The notes: generated by a model not told the origin, from the letters alone. Numbered from the stretch's first letter, positions 22,283-35,902 are shown. The stretch: DNA of 64,000 bases from Anolis carolinensis (GCF_035594765.1 NC_085845.1:186326897-186390896); one strand, 5' to 3'. Numbers and translations: made by a program.

Positions 22283-22323
<41 letters not shown>
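22130..22323 (+). mobile_element. L2-type 3' tail ending in (AAT)n
   Basis: taagctgctttgagtccccttgggggagataaagtggga followed by (AAT)n. Confidence 0.65.
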
Positions 22324-22324
<1 letters not shown>

Positions 22325-22470
22325 GGCAGCAAAAGGCCACCCTACTCGGATCTGCCCGCATTATTCGCCAATAGATCATATAGCTGTAAACACTTGGGAA
22401 TTGTCTGACATGTGATGCAGTACAACAGCCAGTATAGTGATCTTGTTTGCTGTGTACTCATCTTGTTGTG

Positions 22471-22475
<5 letters not shown>
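22325..22475 (+). mobile_element. Dong/R4-clade non-LTR retrotransposon 3' fragment within (TAA)n
   Basis: QQKATLLGSARIIRQ C-terminal motif; (AAT)n on both sides. Confidence 0.7.
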
Positions 22476-22524
<49 letters not shown>

Positions 22525-23497
22525 GGAATCTCATGCATTTAAAATATGGAAGCAAAAGAGGCAGAACATTATATTGCATATATTTATTGGTAAAGAAAGT
22601 AGAATTAAATAATATTTCCAACAAAGAAATCAGTTTTGATGTTGGTGAAATCTTTAACAGCTTTAATGTTTAGTGCCACCTTGTACAGAAATGCTGAAAT
22701 GTTGTTTGCTGTCAAGTTGACTGAGTTATGACAATGCTTTGAATGAGATTTCTCTGGTTATCAACTTGCCCTGCATAAGTTTTGCAAGCTTTCTTACTGA
22801 ACCAATTCACCAATAGTGTGGTATCCCACTTTGCTTACTCTGCAGCAAAGGCAACTCTCTTTTTCTAAAGAGAAAATAAATGTGTGTGTATGGTACAGTA
22901 TTAGACAAAATGGTTCAGTAGTTACCAGTGGAATACATGTCCTCTGTCAGATGGCAAATTTCTGCCGTTGTGTTAATACAAAGAGATGTGCCACTTGCCA
23001 AGAAGGAAAAGTGAAATCAGTTACCTATATCGCCTTCAAATGTTATGGATAATGTTCCTTTTAGCTGTTCTCTTTCTTTTTTTGTGCTCTTTAAAACATC
23101 CCGTAGCAGCAACACCGAGGACTCAGAAAACTTAAGGAAAAACTTACTGCCGTGTCATTTGGACTGCATCCCTCCAGTTCTGATTAACACCTTGAAAAAT
23201 AAACAGAGGATTGTGCATCTGTCTGTCTCCCCATCACCACCCTGGAATATATAATTTTGCTAACAAAATGAAAGGGAAAGAAAGGACCCTGCCCAAATCT
23301 ACCCTTCCCTGCTTTCCACGACTTGTCTCTCCACATTTCTTTGAAAGGTGTGTTATTTTTTTCTGTCTGTCCTATGACAATCTGACTATTGAAAGCTTCT
23401 GCCTCATTTCCACATTTGAGCCACTGCTCACCTTTAATGCAGCCACACCCAGTCTGTCTGAAGGTTCATATAATTAAAAAAAAACATGAACAAGGAA

Positions 23498-23985
23498 GAA
23501 TCATAGACTCATAGAGTTGGAAAAGACCTAATGGGCCATCCAGTCCAACCCCCCTGCCAAGAAGCAGGAAAACTGCATTCAAAGTACCCCTGACAGATGG
23601 CCATCCAGCATCTGCTAAAAAGCCTCCAAAGAATGAGCCTTCACCATACTCTGGGGCAGAGAGTTCCACTGCTGAACAGCTTTCACAGTTAGGAAGTTCA
23701 AGTGGAATCTCCTTTCCTGTAGTTTGAAACCATTGTTCCGCATCCTAGTCTCCAGGGCAGCAGAAACAAGGTTGCTCCCTCCTCTCTATGACTTCCCCTC
23801 ACATATTTATACATGGCCCTCATTATGTCTCCTCTCAGCCTTCTCTTCTGCAGGCTAAACATGCCCAGCTCTTTAAGCCGTTCCTCGTGGGACTTGTTCT
23901 TCAGACATTCCAGCTTGTCAACATTTCCCTTAAGTTGCAGTGCCCAGAATTGGACACAATAATCCAGGCAGAATAGAGGGGTAGC
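23498..23985 (-). mobile_element. CR1 LINE 3' fragment
   Basis: Reverse-strand (ATTCTATG)-type tail and typical CR1 ORF2-end/3'UTR sequence. Confidence 0.85.
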
Positions 23986-24405
23986 ACGCTTGAAGAAAGT
24001 GCTAATGACATTGGATTACCCTGGAATTCCAGTCTCCTGATTCACAAACACACACTCTGCTAAGCAAGAACCTTCGTTTGAACCAATGTTTTAGGTGAGC
24101 CATGGTGGTAGGTGGGGTCAATGTATATCAATTTTCTCTTTCATAAGGCCTTCCTATATCAGGGTAGGGAAGCTTCCAAATATGAGCAACTGAACATTGA
24201 ATCTAATTTGTCCCCCAGGGATTTTGAACTCTCCCTTTGCAATTAGGAGTAGTGGGGAGGCCCCATTTTTGTAGATAGAACATCCCTGTCCCAAAAGCTC
24301 CATTGTCTCATAGGGGGGTCGTTTTAGCATCTGGAGAAAAGACTTACCTTTCCCTCATGTTCTGCCACCTTCTCCTGTAATTAGGAAAGTCTAATTACAT
24401 AATTG

Positions 24406-24733
24406 AGGGCCCCTGGTGGCACAGTGTGTTAAAGCGCTGAGCTGCTGAACTTGCAGACCGAAAGGTGCCAGGTTCAAATCCCGGGAGTGGAATGAGCGCC
24501 CGCTGTTAGCCCCAGCTTCTGCCAACCTAGCAGTTCGAAAACATGCAAATGTGAGTAGATCAATAGGTACTGCTCCAGCAGGAAGGTAATGGCGCTCCAT
24601 GCAGTCATGCCGGCCACATGACCTTGGAGGTGTCTATGGACAACGTTGGCTCTTCAGCTTAGAAATGGAAATGAGCACCAACCCCCCAGAGTCGGTCACG
24701 ACTGCACTTAACGTCAGGGGAAACCTTTACCTT
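24406..24733 (+). mobile_element. Sauria-type SINE, young copy
   Basis: Perfect 14-bp TSD taattacataattg. Confidence 0.92.
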
Positions 24734-25744
24734 TAATTACATAATTGGATTTTTCCCCTAACACTAATTGTTAGTTGCTGGTGGTTGGGAAAGAAGAGTA
24801 GAAAGAGAGGAAAGAGATGGAGATAGTAACAGAGAGAAAGCAAAATAGCAGGGAGCAAAGAGGGCTGGAAGGGGGAGAAGATGGTTAAGGGAAGGAAGAG
24901 AATGAAAAAGTAAGAGGTGCGAAAATTCTGTATTGTGTCTGAATTACAAAAATACGGACAATATCAAAACAAAGGGAAGCAAAATCACTCAAAACACATC
25001 TCTAATTGCCAGTGAGTTGGAAATTGGCCTCAGAGGAAAGTTGTCCTCTGAGGCCAGTTTTTCCTGCAAAGACGCAAAGTATAAAGATATATTTCCTGTG
25101 GGAGTTTAAAACACCTTTCGTAAGAGCAAGTAGGATTGGCTGTGAAGAAAGCAGACATTAAGTTGAAGACTATCTTGAATGTTGTCTATCTTTGGAAGTA
25201 TACTTCTGGAATTAAAGCAGATTTAGGAAAAATATATTTTCATGGAGACTTCCTGAAATAGGAAGCGTTAACTTCCTTATATGGCATACTCCCAAACTTA
25301 GAGCAAGCAAGAGGTGGTTTATTGTGGTGGTTTATTTACATTTTTAACTAGGTGTGGATCTAGTTTAATCTTAAATTTTCACAAGAATTTGAATATAAAG
25401 ACAGCCTTGTTAACTATGAAGTAAATTCCAAAGTCCATATTGTGATAGTTTCTTTATTAGACCGACCAAACAGCGCAGAAACCTCAGCTTTTGAAACAAT
25501 AGACATCTTCATCAGGCAAAGAAAAGCATATAGCAGGGGAAATAGGGTAAACAGATGTAAGCCTAAGTCATCTTGTTACTCCTGAGTACTCTTATCAATA
25601 GGAAAGCTAAATCAATAGGATTTACCTATATATGGAATCTCTATTCAATAATGGATTAATGGATCTACTTTAATGGTGATTGAACTAATAAGAGGCCACC
25701 AAGTTACTCTTTGAAACTTGGTGGTATGTTGTTAGTTCAATCAC

Positions 25745-26078
25745 TATCAAATATTAAATATTTGAAAGGCTGTCATAAGGGAGCAGGCATGTTTTCTGCT
25801 GCCCTGGAAACTAGGACTTGCAGCAATAGGCTCAAATTACAACAAAGAAGATTCCACTAGAACATCAGGAAGAACTTTGTGCTCTTGTGATCATAGGAGC
25901 TGTTCAACAGTGGAACTCTCTGCCTCGGAGTGTGGTGGAAACTCCTTCTTTGGAGGCTCTTAAACAGAGGCTGGATGTTCATCTGTCTGGGGTGTTTTGA
26001 TTGTGCTTTTCCTGGATGGCAAGGGATTAGACTAGATGGCCCATGTGTTCGCTTTCAACCCTATGATTCTATTATTCT
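25745..26078 (+). mobile_element. CR1 LINE 3' fragment
   Basis: aaatatttgaaaggctgtcat..gattccac..ctatgattctattattcta. Confidence 0.85.
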
Positions 26079-26880
26079 ACTGTATTTAATATTATGTTAA
26101 AGATTTAAGTGTGTTTAATTAAATTGTAGGTAACAGCTTTGGGGTGCTGAATGAGTTTTAAAGACCTTGATAGGCAATGAAGGTAAAATTAGTCCTCTTT
26201 TTGAAACCTGCCATGGAAACAACAAGAACTCATTTTTGAGTCGTGTACCAACATCATACTTGCTTTTATTAAGATCCTCGTACTTTAAAAAAAGTGGAAA
26301 TTCTATGGCAGAATTAATGAATTTTATAATGATTGTTTAGTTAGGAACATCTCTGGAAATTTATATGACTTTTGTCAGGGTCTTGCTTTTTTGTATATGC
26401 ATGTTAAGGCAGGAAAAGGGCATGACGGAGTTAGCTTTTGTTTATACTGCTGCTTTTACTCTGAAACTGTAAGTATTAGCATACTTTCTTCAACAGGTAC
26501 TGAGCCAGAACTGTCTGGGCATGTGAAATGGGAGGAGATTTCTTTTTGAAAAGATGTTTGATCTCCATTTTTAATAGCAAACACACACACACACAATTTC
26601 CTGGTATTTATCATAACAGCTTTCCCCATCTCTTTGAATAAAGAGCACTGGTGATGCAGAATTAATATTTCAGTGATGTATACAGTGTCTGTGAAGAAAG
26701 ACCAAAAGGTATGTTTCCAATAGAGAAAGGAATAGTCAAACCAGATCTCCCTCAACCAAGGCTCAAACTAGTCATGACGTGCCTTCACATATGTCTGTTC
26801 CAAATATTTAAAATAACAAGTAGCTTAGGGATTGCTAAACAATTAATTAAAATTAATTAATTGCATTTATATCCCGCATT

Positions 26881-27180
26881 GTCTAATTGTGTCCGACTCT
26901 GGGGGTAGGTGTTCATCACCATTTCTAAGACAAGGAGCCGGCGTTGTCCATAGACGCCTCCAAGGTCATATGGCCGGCATGACTGCATGGAGCACTGTTA
27001 CCTTCCCGCTGGAGCGGTACCTATTGATCTACTCACATTTGCATGTTTTTGAACTTTGGGTTGGTAGAAGCTGGGGCTAACAGCAGGAGCTCACCTCACT
27101 CCTCAGATTTGAACTGCCAACCTTTCCATACACAAGTACAGTAGCTCAGTGGTTTAACCTGCTGTGCCACCGGAGGCCCC
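26881..27180 (-). mobile_element. Sauria-type SINE lacking the normal tail
   Basis: Reverse complement of the other copies. Confidence 0.85.
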
Positions 27181-28074
27181 TAGTGTATCTCAAAATCTTA
27201 ATAGTATTTAGCTATTTTTGCATTGTTGAAATATTCTTTAACACCAGACTTATTTGATATGTGTAATTTACTGCTACTGATATAAATGCACATATGTGTA
27301 ATGATGACCATGGTCCCTAGTTTAACAATAAAGACACATGTGTGGTAAATAGTACTAGTAAGCTGCCAATAAGGGCAGCTGTGAATGTAGTATACTATGA
27401 TAATTTCTAAGCACTTGGAAAAATTACTTTTTGTACCATAGCTTCCAGAACTCTGTGTGTCTGTGTGCTTGTAGTCCAAAACCGATCCAGCCATATGCTT
27501 TCTCACTATATTTCAACAAGAGTCATGGATGACATCATTATCTGGAAAAGCTGGTGAAACTTCTGTCTAGTGGGCATCAAACCAGATTCCATGCTGGCCA
27601 GTCAACAGGCAAACTTGAAGGCTTGGATCCTGCCAGTCAGGAGGAATATTGTGTGCTTTGGCATTCCCTTGGGGCTGCATATCCTGCCCAGATGCAATGC
27701 TGTGAAAGTGGAGCAGAACGGTTCTGGAAGTCTGCTCTCATATATGTACATCCTGGAAGCTTTGCAAAATTCCATGGGTAGGTCTTGTTCCAGATTCTGT
27801 GCCAAAGGAAAAGCAATTAGAAAGCATTTGGATCCTTCAGTCCTGAAATAAGTTTGTAGAAGTGGCAAAGCAGATATAATTGTGAATGAAACAGTATTAT
27901 GTCTCTTTTGGGCAAAATGTTGGACTGCAGATGGAGAATTTGAAATCATCCATTTTTCTATGGTAAAATTCGGGGTTACACGCATTTTGTATGTTAGTGC
28001 CCCCTTCTTCCATTTTTCAGACAGAAATGTGGGTTGGAGACAGTACAATGAGTAAAATTTGTGTGTGTGTGTGT

Positions 28075-28297
28075 GTGTCAGAAGCATCTTGAGACACTGC
28101 AAGTTGCTTCTGGTATTAGGGAATTGTCTGTCTGCAAGAATGTTGTCCAGGGATGCCCAAATGTTTTGATGTTTTACCATCCTGGGGAAGCTTCTCATGT
28201 CCCCGCATGGGGAGCTGGAGCTGACAAAGGGAGCTCACCCGCTCTCCCCGAATTTGAACCGCCGACCGGTTTAACTCCTTGCACCACCGGGGGCGCC
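28075..28297 (-). mobile_element. tRNA SINE with Vingi-like tail
   Basis: Tail gcttctgacac resembles the Vingi 3' end at ~5965-5985; same family as the copies at 45050 and 59608. Confidence 0.7.
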
Positions 28298-29376
28298 AGT
28301 AAAATGGTGCCCTTCATTCATTTCCCACACTCTTGGATGTGAATTCTTCATCGGATACAAGATAAATCATTACAAGTATTGTTAAAGAAATGGAAGGCGT
28401 CATAATGTAGTGGTTTCAATATTCTACAACTCTGAAGAACAGGCCTTCAATAACCACTCAACCATGGAAACCCACTGGGCAAATTGGGCAAATTATACTG
28501 CCTTAGCCTCCATCTCGGATTCCTTCTGGATACTTTGAGAAACCGATGAAACTAGGAGGCTTCTACCTATGGTTTGTTTGGTGCCTTGTCTAAACCAGGA
28601 TCATTAAATTGTAGCTTTCTAATAATCAAGTATCATAAGCCAGGTTCTGTTTGCAGATTGCTACTACATGTATTTTCTGTGACAAATCTAGGTTAGGTTT
28701 TAGAAACGACCCTGAAAGCTGCTACACACCAAGCTTGTTTCCTTCTTCTGTGGTTGTGGCACCAGGTTTATATTTAGCTGATAGTATGTGGCCTTGTGGC
28801 CTGTGTAAAGACAGAAAGAATCTCTCCCGATCATTACCTCATATTGCCTGGCTTCCCAAAGCATTTAAGCTCCTGGGAGGAGAGTTGGGTGATAAATTTA
28901 GATGAGGAGTTTCTTGCCAAAGTGTTGTGTGCCTGATCCAGACAGGCGTTGGCAATACTGAAAAAGAAAAACGATATCAGATCTCCTTTCAGAATGCTCC
29001 AGGTTCCCTGATCCCTCTTTATTCCAAGTACAGTATTTACAGTGGGGGGGAAGTACCATTCTCAATTACATGAAGAAGAGCCGCATAGGAAAGCAACACA
29101 TAAGCTCTGTGGTAGTGATGGCGGACTTGTGTTTACAGTGGAATGGCCAAGCTATATCTGTCTTGCATAGCATGGAGTAAATACCTTTTCCACTGACCTC
29201 TTTAGCTATGCAGGAGGGCAGCTGATACACTTATGTGTGGAATGCTATAGGGCTTTCCTGAAAGAAATCTGACACAAGAGTAAATGCCTTCAAAGGCTGC
29301 CCCGAACTTCCAACCATTTGGAAGAATAAAATGTAAGGACTCCTCAAAGGAATATGGTTGCCTGTGTTATTCTGAG

Positions 29377-29701
29377 CTTACTTACTTACTTAGGCGATCC
29401 CTCGTAGTTCAAGGATGATGGTCCTCCATTTCTTGGAAGACGCCTGTGCGTGACTTTTTTTTTTTAATATGTGGAGGTCGGTGCACGGCCGGTCAACACA
29501 CAGTCTTCACAGAGTGAGGTCCCAGCAGTGTGATTAACACAACGAGAGTGGCTTCTCAATCTGTTGCAGCCTTCTTCCGCCTTCACAGCCGTTGTACCAT
29601 GTACCATACTATCCTCCGCCTGCTCCGCCGTTGAGGTCTTTGGGTCTTTGGATTGTTCTTGGTCTGGATCCTCCCCTGTGGCCACTCCTGGGAGTGTGTG
29701 A
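29377..29701 (-). mobile_element. RTE-type non-autonomous element with (TAAG)n tail
   Basis: cttacttacttacttaggcgatccctcgtag terminus; family assignment from memory. Confidence 0.5.
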
Positions 29702-30333
29702 CACCCGAGCGGAGTACAGGGAGCATACAACCCCCATGTTACATCAGCTCAACTGGCTGCTAGTCTGCTACCGAGCACAATTCAAAGGGATGGCTTTAGC
29801 ATATAAAGCCCTAAACGGTTCCGGCACACCTTACCTGTCAGAATGTATCTCCTCCATAAATCATCTCAGAGATTAGGATCGTCTGGGGAGGCCCTACTCT
29901 CGGTCCCACCTTCTTCGCATGCGCGGTTGGTGGGAACGAGAGACAAAGCCTTCTCAGTGGTGGCCCCTTGGCTGTGAAACTCTCTCCCCAGTGATATTAG
30001 ATCACCCCCCCCCCCCCCAGCCTTGAGAAGAAATGTAAAAACTTGGCTTTGAGATCAGGCTTTTGGTGAATATATACAATAACAGAATTGGGAATATATG
30101 AAAGGACTATGGAATGGCTTGGACTACGATTATGGATGGCATGATTTTAATTATGGAGTGTAATGTTTTTAAATATTTAATATGTTTTAATTTAATCTAA
30201 TTTTAACTGTAATTTTTGGAATTTTATTTGTTAAAGGCATTGAATAATTGCCTCTAAGTAAGCTGCCTTGAGCTCCTGTCAGGGTAGAGAAAGGCGTGGT
30301 ATAAGTAGAATAAGTAAGTAAGTAAGTAAATAA
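29702..30333 (+). mobile_element. L2 LINE 3' fragment
   Basis: REHTTPMLHQLNWL..RAQFK..LAYKALNGSGTPYL, plus 3'UTR and tail. Confidence 0.85.
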
Positions 30334-32184
30334 AAGGTAGTTCCTCTCTGTCAATTATACCTGTTCCAGTTCTCTTTCTCTCCTTATCCCAACGTAAGCA
30401 CAAAGAAGCCACAATTTCACAGCTATTTCCGTTTCTGTTTTTTAAGGGGTAATCCAGGTGTAACATATAATTTACCTAGTACTTACATATGGTATATACT
30501 TTGACTTTAAAGGGTAGATTTGGGGACCAGCATTCTAGATTTTGATATAACCAATGAGAATGTCAAGGGTTATTGCACAGGGAGGGAAAGGCACCAGGAC
30601 AGTTTAGGGGGACAGCCATTGCCATTTTCCCACCCAGGCAGCATTCGAAAAAGCTTTGTGCCACTCTCCTCAGAGAACAGAATGGTTCCTTTCTTGGTGA
30701 AAATTAAAGTGCAATATTAGCTCCTACTACAAAAAACTATCCCTTTTCTGAGTTGAATAGTGAAAGGTTATAGTCCATTTTGAGAGAACCTAAAGAAGCA
30801 GCAAACTTCTCCACAAAAGATCAGAAACAGCATCATAGTGGAGACTGGAGAGTAGACCTGCACAACCTGCGGCCCTCCAGCTGTTTTGGCCTCCAATTCC
30901 CAGAAGCTCTAGTAAGGTTGTCCAATGGCATAGGGTCAATGCTTCTTTTGGGTTCTCATTTTGCCATTTTACTCAGAGGTTGGGCTAGTAAAGTCCCTTT
31001 TTTGATAAGATACAGTACTTATATTGACCAATAAATAAGTTGAACAAAGTTTTTGAAGTTGATTTTTTTTGGACTAAAATTTCTAGTACTTTCAGTATAT
31101 CTCCTTATTATAATATTATGTTGCTTAAGGGGCCCTTGTTTCTATTTTTGTCCATATCCCTATGACCAACACCCTTTTCTCCTCCTCCATCTTCGAATCC
31201 AGCTAATGTGTCATAGGTATTATATGCGAGGCTTACTCAGTTTTTGACCTGCCTTGCCAACTAAACCCAGCCAATGAGCCACGTATTGTTACTTGTTAGA
31301 AGGTTGGCTAAATGGTCCCTACCACTCACTTGTGTTTGTTGTTGCTGCTGCGATCTCAAATGGGCAACCGCTACTGTGCTGCTGGTGGGGTGCCATATGT
31401 AACTCATGGGATACATTAAACCTGTTGAATCATAATTACGAGTCAGCTGCCTGTTCGATGTATTTAAAGCTAATTCTGTGCATTAACACACAGCCTTAAA
31501 CAAACACACATGCACTCACCCCAGCTCCACAGTTTAAAGATTTCTTAAACTTTAATTTTGCTACCCTCAATAATTTCTTTCCCTTTGTTAGGAAGCCAAA
31601 CTTGTAGTCCTTTAAATTAGAGCCAGCCGCAAGCGCAAGGGTGTGGTCGCAAGTCAGAACAAGAGACCGGGGCCAGCAATCCCAGCCATTTATATTTGGC
31701 TTGGCCAGTAATGTGCTGTGGGATGGCGAAGCCAGTTTACCTCACTTTGGCTCAAGAAGTTTGCATTAAACTTGTTTTTTCCTTTTAAAAATGAATACGT
31801 ATTTGTTCATCATTGAAAGAAGCTGTGTTATGCTTAAACATATGAAAGTTGAGTAAAACAAGACAAGGAAGCAGATGAAGATGATGTGTGATGGAGATTC
31901 AACCTTGGCCAGTTGAGTGGGAATCTGTCAGTCTTCATTGCTGTTTATATATATAAAAAAACTATTAGGCACTGAAATCTATTATCAGTGTGCTGGAAAC
32001 TACCAGTTAAAGTCATAGACATTCAAAATTTATTGCCTTTTTTGAGCCATCAGTCATGAAACTTGCAAGGAGATAATTTCATTTTTCAACAATAAAATTT
32101 TGTCCTTTAGATTACAGTGGAAAGCTTTTAAAATTGTCTGCAACATGCACCAGAAAAGCCCCAAAAGTAAAGGTCATATAAGGA

Positions 32185-33050
32185 TTTTTATTTATTTTAT
32201 TTATTTACAGTATTTATATCCTGCCATTCTCACCCTGAAGGGGACTCAGAGCGGCCTTACAATAGGCAGCAATTTCATATAAAACAGCTACATACAACAG
32301 ACATATAATAAATTAGTCATATACATAAAAAACATAAAATTAAAACATATAAACATTAAAACCAGCTTTTGAAAACCACATAATCTGAAATTATAGTCAG
32401 GAACTGTTCCAGTCATAATTGCATATATTCCATCTTCGCTTATTGCATTGCATTCATGTCCAAGGCTTGGTCCCACAACCATGTTTTTAGTTTCTTTCTG
32501 AAAGTCAGGAGGGAGGGAGGGAGGGAGCTGACCTGATTTCGCTGAGGAGGGAGTTCCACAGCCGAGGGGCCACCACTGAGAAGGCCCTGTCCCTCATCCC
32601 CACCAACCGCACCTGCAAAGGAGGTGGGACTGAGGGTAGGGCCTCCCCAGAAGATCTTAACCTTCGAGATGGTTCATAGAGGGAGATACATTCGGACAGA
32701 TAAGTTGGGCCAGGACCCACTCCAGTGAGAAATCTGGCTGTCGCTGGTTGGACCACTTGAAGCTTCAGAACAATCTTCAAAGGCAACCCCACGCAAACTG
32801 CTTTGAGGTAGTCTATTTGACTACCTCATGGCCATCATGGCCAAGTCTGGTTTCTCAAGGTACGGGTGCAACTGGCACACAAATTTTAATTGTCCAAAAG
32901 TTCCCCTGGCCACGGCCAAAACCTGGGGCTCCAGGCTCAGTGATGAATCCAGGATAACTCACAAGCTGCAAACCTGTGTCTTCAGGTGGAGTGTTACGCC
33001 ATCCAGCACAAGCTGTAACCCTATAACCTGTATGGCCATTTTTTCCTGAT
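32185..33050 (-). mobile_element. L2 LINE 3' fragment with internal deletions
   Basis: GLPLK..KLQVVQ..ARFLTG / PTYL..RLRSSGEAL..RDRAFSVVAPRLWNSL. Confidence 0.85.
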
Positions 33051-33073
33051 TATTAAAAATAGTAATGAAAAGT

Positions 33074-33658
33074 CAGTGATGGCCAACCTATGACACGCGT
33101 GTCAGCACTGACACGCCTAGCCATTTTTGCTGACACGCTGCCGCATGCAGATTGATTGGATGACTAATGTCTTTTGTGACCAAATTTGGTGTGATTTGGT
33201 CCAGTGGTTTTGTTGTTTACTNNNNNNNNNNNNNNNNNNNNNNNNNNNNNNNNNNNNNNNNNNNNNNNNNNNNNNNNNNNNNNNNNNNNNNNNNNNNNNN
33301 NNNNNNNNNNNNNNNNNNNNNNNNNNNNNNNNNNNNNNNNNNNNNNNNNNNNNNNNNNNNNNNTACTATTATATTATTATATTATTATTCATTATTCATG
33401 ACTACATTGAAACTACAATAGAGAGAAATCAGCATGGAAACTGCAAGAGGTACTATAGATTGTTGTATATGGAAATAATTGTAGTAAATAGTTTTTGATT
33501 TATTAAATACAGTTATATATTACAATTATATATTTTTGTTATTTAAACTATATATATTGTGAAATTATGATTTTTTTCTCGAAGTGACACACCACCAAGT
33601 CGTACTAGGTTTTTTGGTGAATTTTGACACACCAAGCACAAAATCTTGCCCACCATTG
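33074..33658. mobile_element. hAT element (CAGTGATGG TIR) spanning an assembly gap
   Basis: 5' cagtgatggccaacctatgacacgcgtgtcag and 3' ttgcccaccattg; TSD not matched. Confidence 0.6.
33222..33363. other. Assembly gap (142 N)
   Basis: Run of N. Confidence 1.
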
Positions 33659-35269
33659 GTCTAAATGGTACTCTTCTGGCATACCATGTTTCATCATTTA
33701 GGAGTGGGGCCTCTAAGAAAAAGCACAAGTGAGATACAAAGATGCACACAATAACTGATGATACTGAACTAAGAATGAGAGAAGTCACAGAAACAGACAG
33801 AAAACTTATGATCTTGTTTAAAATACATAAAGATGTTTTTAGTACAGATGTGACATTGTTAATTTGCATGCTTTCAGACAGAAATCACTATTGAAATACT
33901 GCTGAGTGTGGAGGCCAATATTATATATAAACTGAGCCTAAGGAGAAGTATGGATGTTTCTGAGTTAGACATGCATCTGTCTGGCTAGATAAAGGCATTG
34001 CCTTCCCAGTCGCAGCACTATATAATTTTCGTTCTCATTAACTAAAGGAAATCCTTTCATTTTCTTTGACAGCAACCAAGGGAGGAACCGTTAAGGTATT
34101 TATATCATGAAAAAGAAGAAAACAGTTTCACCACTGTCAGCCCCAGACATTCTAGTCTAAAATCAGATTCTTACAAATATCACACAACAGATGTTAACAT
34201 TATGGTATAAATAAGCAATGTTCCAATAGCTGCACTTCTTTGGAAAATTAAAGAAACCTTTTTATTGGCTGTCATTACCACGGAGAGAACGATCCCATGT
34301 TTTTGTGCAGGTCAAAAGAGCTTTTACTTCTGTAATTATGCAAAGTATACTGCACAAAGAGAAAGAGAAGAACAATAAAAGCAGTCAGAATTACAAACTT
34401 CATTTGCCTTTTAAAAGTTGTCAGTATGGTCTGCATTTGTGCTTAATTGGTAATATTAAGAGGAAAGATCAGACAAATCTCTCCTTTTCAAACAAGAAGA
34501 TGAGACAAAGTTCATGGCTACTTGAAGGATTTATTTCCAAACATATATGCTGCTCTATAAATTGACATAAGAAATCTATCCTTTAGAAATCATGTGTGTT
34601 CATATTAAGCACTTGTCTGTGTCATCAACTTTCACTGGTTTTTAGAAAATATTTCCTGTTCTTTGGTACATGTTTGGATTGTGTCTGGTGTGATCTGTTT
34701 GCCTAAGAAACCAGACTATGAATAGGAAATTGTACAGCTGTGTATGCCAGGTTTAATAAACTGCAGGACATATTTTGTGGTTATAGTTTGCACATCCAGT
34801 AGAGCAAACAAATTGATCTGGCTGGCACAGTTCTCAGATTTAGATTTCACAAAAATCATGCAAAAACACAATATCCATTTGTTAGCAGTCTTTTCAATAA
34901 GGGCTTCACAATCATAACAAAAATATATACCATACTTGTGTAAACAAACATACATTACAACCCTTTGTTATTGTTATGAAAAACCTGCAGTAGAAAATTA
35001 TTAATATGGATAGAAAAGAATCAAGGAAAAGTGACTAATTTTCATGTCTGAGTATTGATCAGTCTGGAACCAGCAGGAAGCCCTTTCATGTATAATATTA
35101 GAACCTTTATTAAAATCTTTATAAAACACAACTAAGTGCAATGGCTTCTGATGGTTCAATATATTATGCCTGAACCAAGCAATCCCATTGTGATTCATCT
35201 TTATCTCTGCAACAAGAGTTTGCTCCTTTTTTTTGCATAGGATAGAGAGGCATCTTGTCTAAGCAAGTA

Positions 35270-35902
35270 TGTGATGGCATGCCCGAGCCTTTGGGAAAAC
35301 TATAGTGTCTGGCTTTACTTGGGGGCTATCTGTATACCTTCTGTTAAGATCAAGACCCTTAACATACAGAGGCACTTTAGGTAAGGCGAAAAGATAACCA
35401 AAATGAGTTTACTCAAAACAAGATGAATAAAGGCTTAACTCCACCCGGAACTATTATAAGATAACTTCGAACAATACATTACAAAAAGAGATTTTGCTGG
35501 TTGTAGTCATCTCTCTGGAGTTTTTGAAAGTCCTCTGTCTCTGGTGCAAAGCAATGGCTCAGAAGCTGGAGCCCAAAGGCTGTCTCAATCTTCTTTCTTT
35601 GTGAAACCTAAGCTGGTCAGAGGCTTCTGTTGTCTCTGGGACTGGTGGTATAAGAATACTGCTGAATGCAAGTGTTTGGATTGCTTGGCCTAGGATTTCC
35701 AGACAATTCCCAAGCCTCTAGTTTTTCTGCAGAAAGAAGAGGGGCCTAGCAAGAAAGCTCTGAACAGGCAAATGGAACAGACCAACTAAGGCTGGCCTCT
35801 AGGCGGATTTTTATGCTCCACCCAAAAACTAATACAAATGGAGGTTTGGGAAAACCTAAACAGAGAGCAAAGGAGAGGAAAAGGCAAAGCCAAGACTTCA
35901 CA
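35270..35902 (-). mobile_element. Probable solo LTR (Gypsy-like), 633 bp
   Basis: TGTGA...TCACA termini; TSD aagta/aaata; reverse-strand CATAAAA (~35810) and AGTAAA (~35420). Confidence 0.5.

Noticed and set aside
27602-28198. 198-aa minus-strand ORF
   Set aside because: Starts in a SINE and crosses a (TG)n tract; no domain.
29600-29701. HDV-like ribozyme at the RTE-type 5' region
   Set aside because: I could not assemble the nested double pseudoknot by eye, and the 5' end appears truncated.
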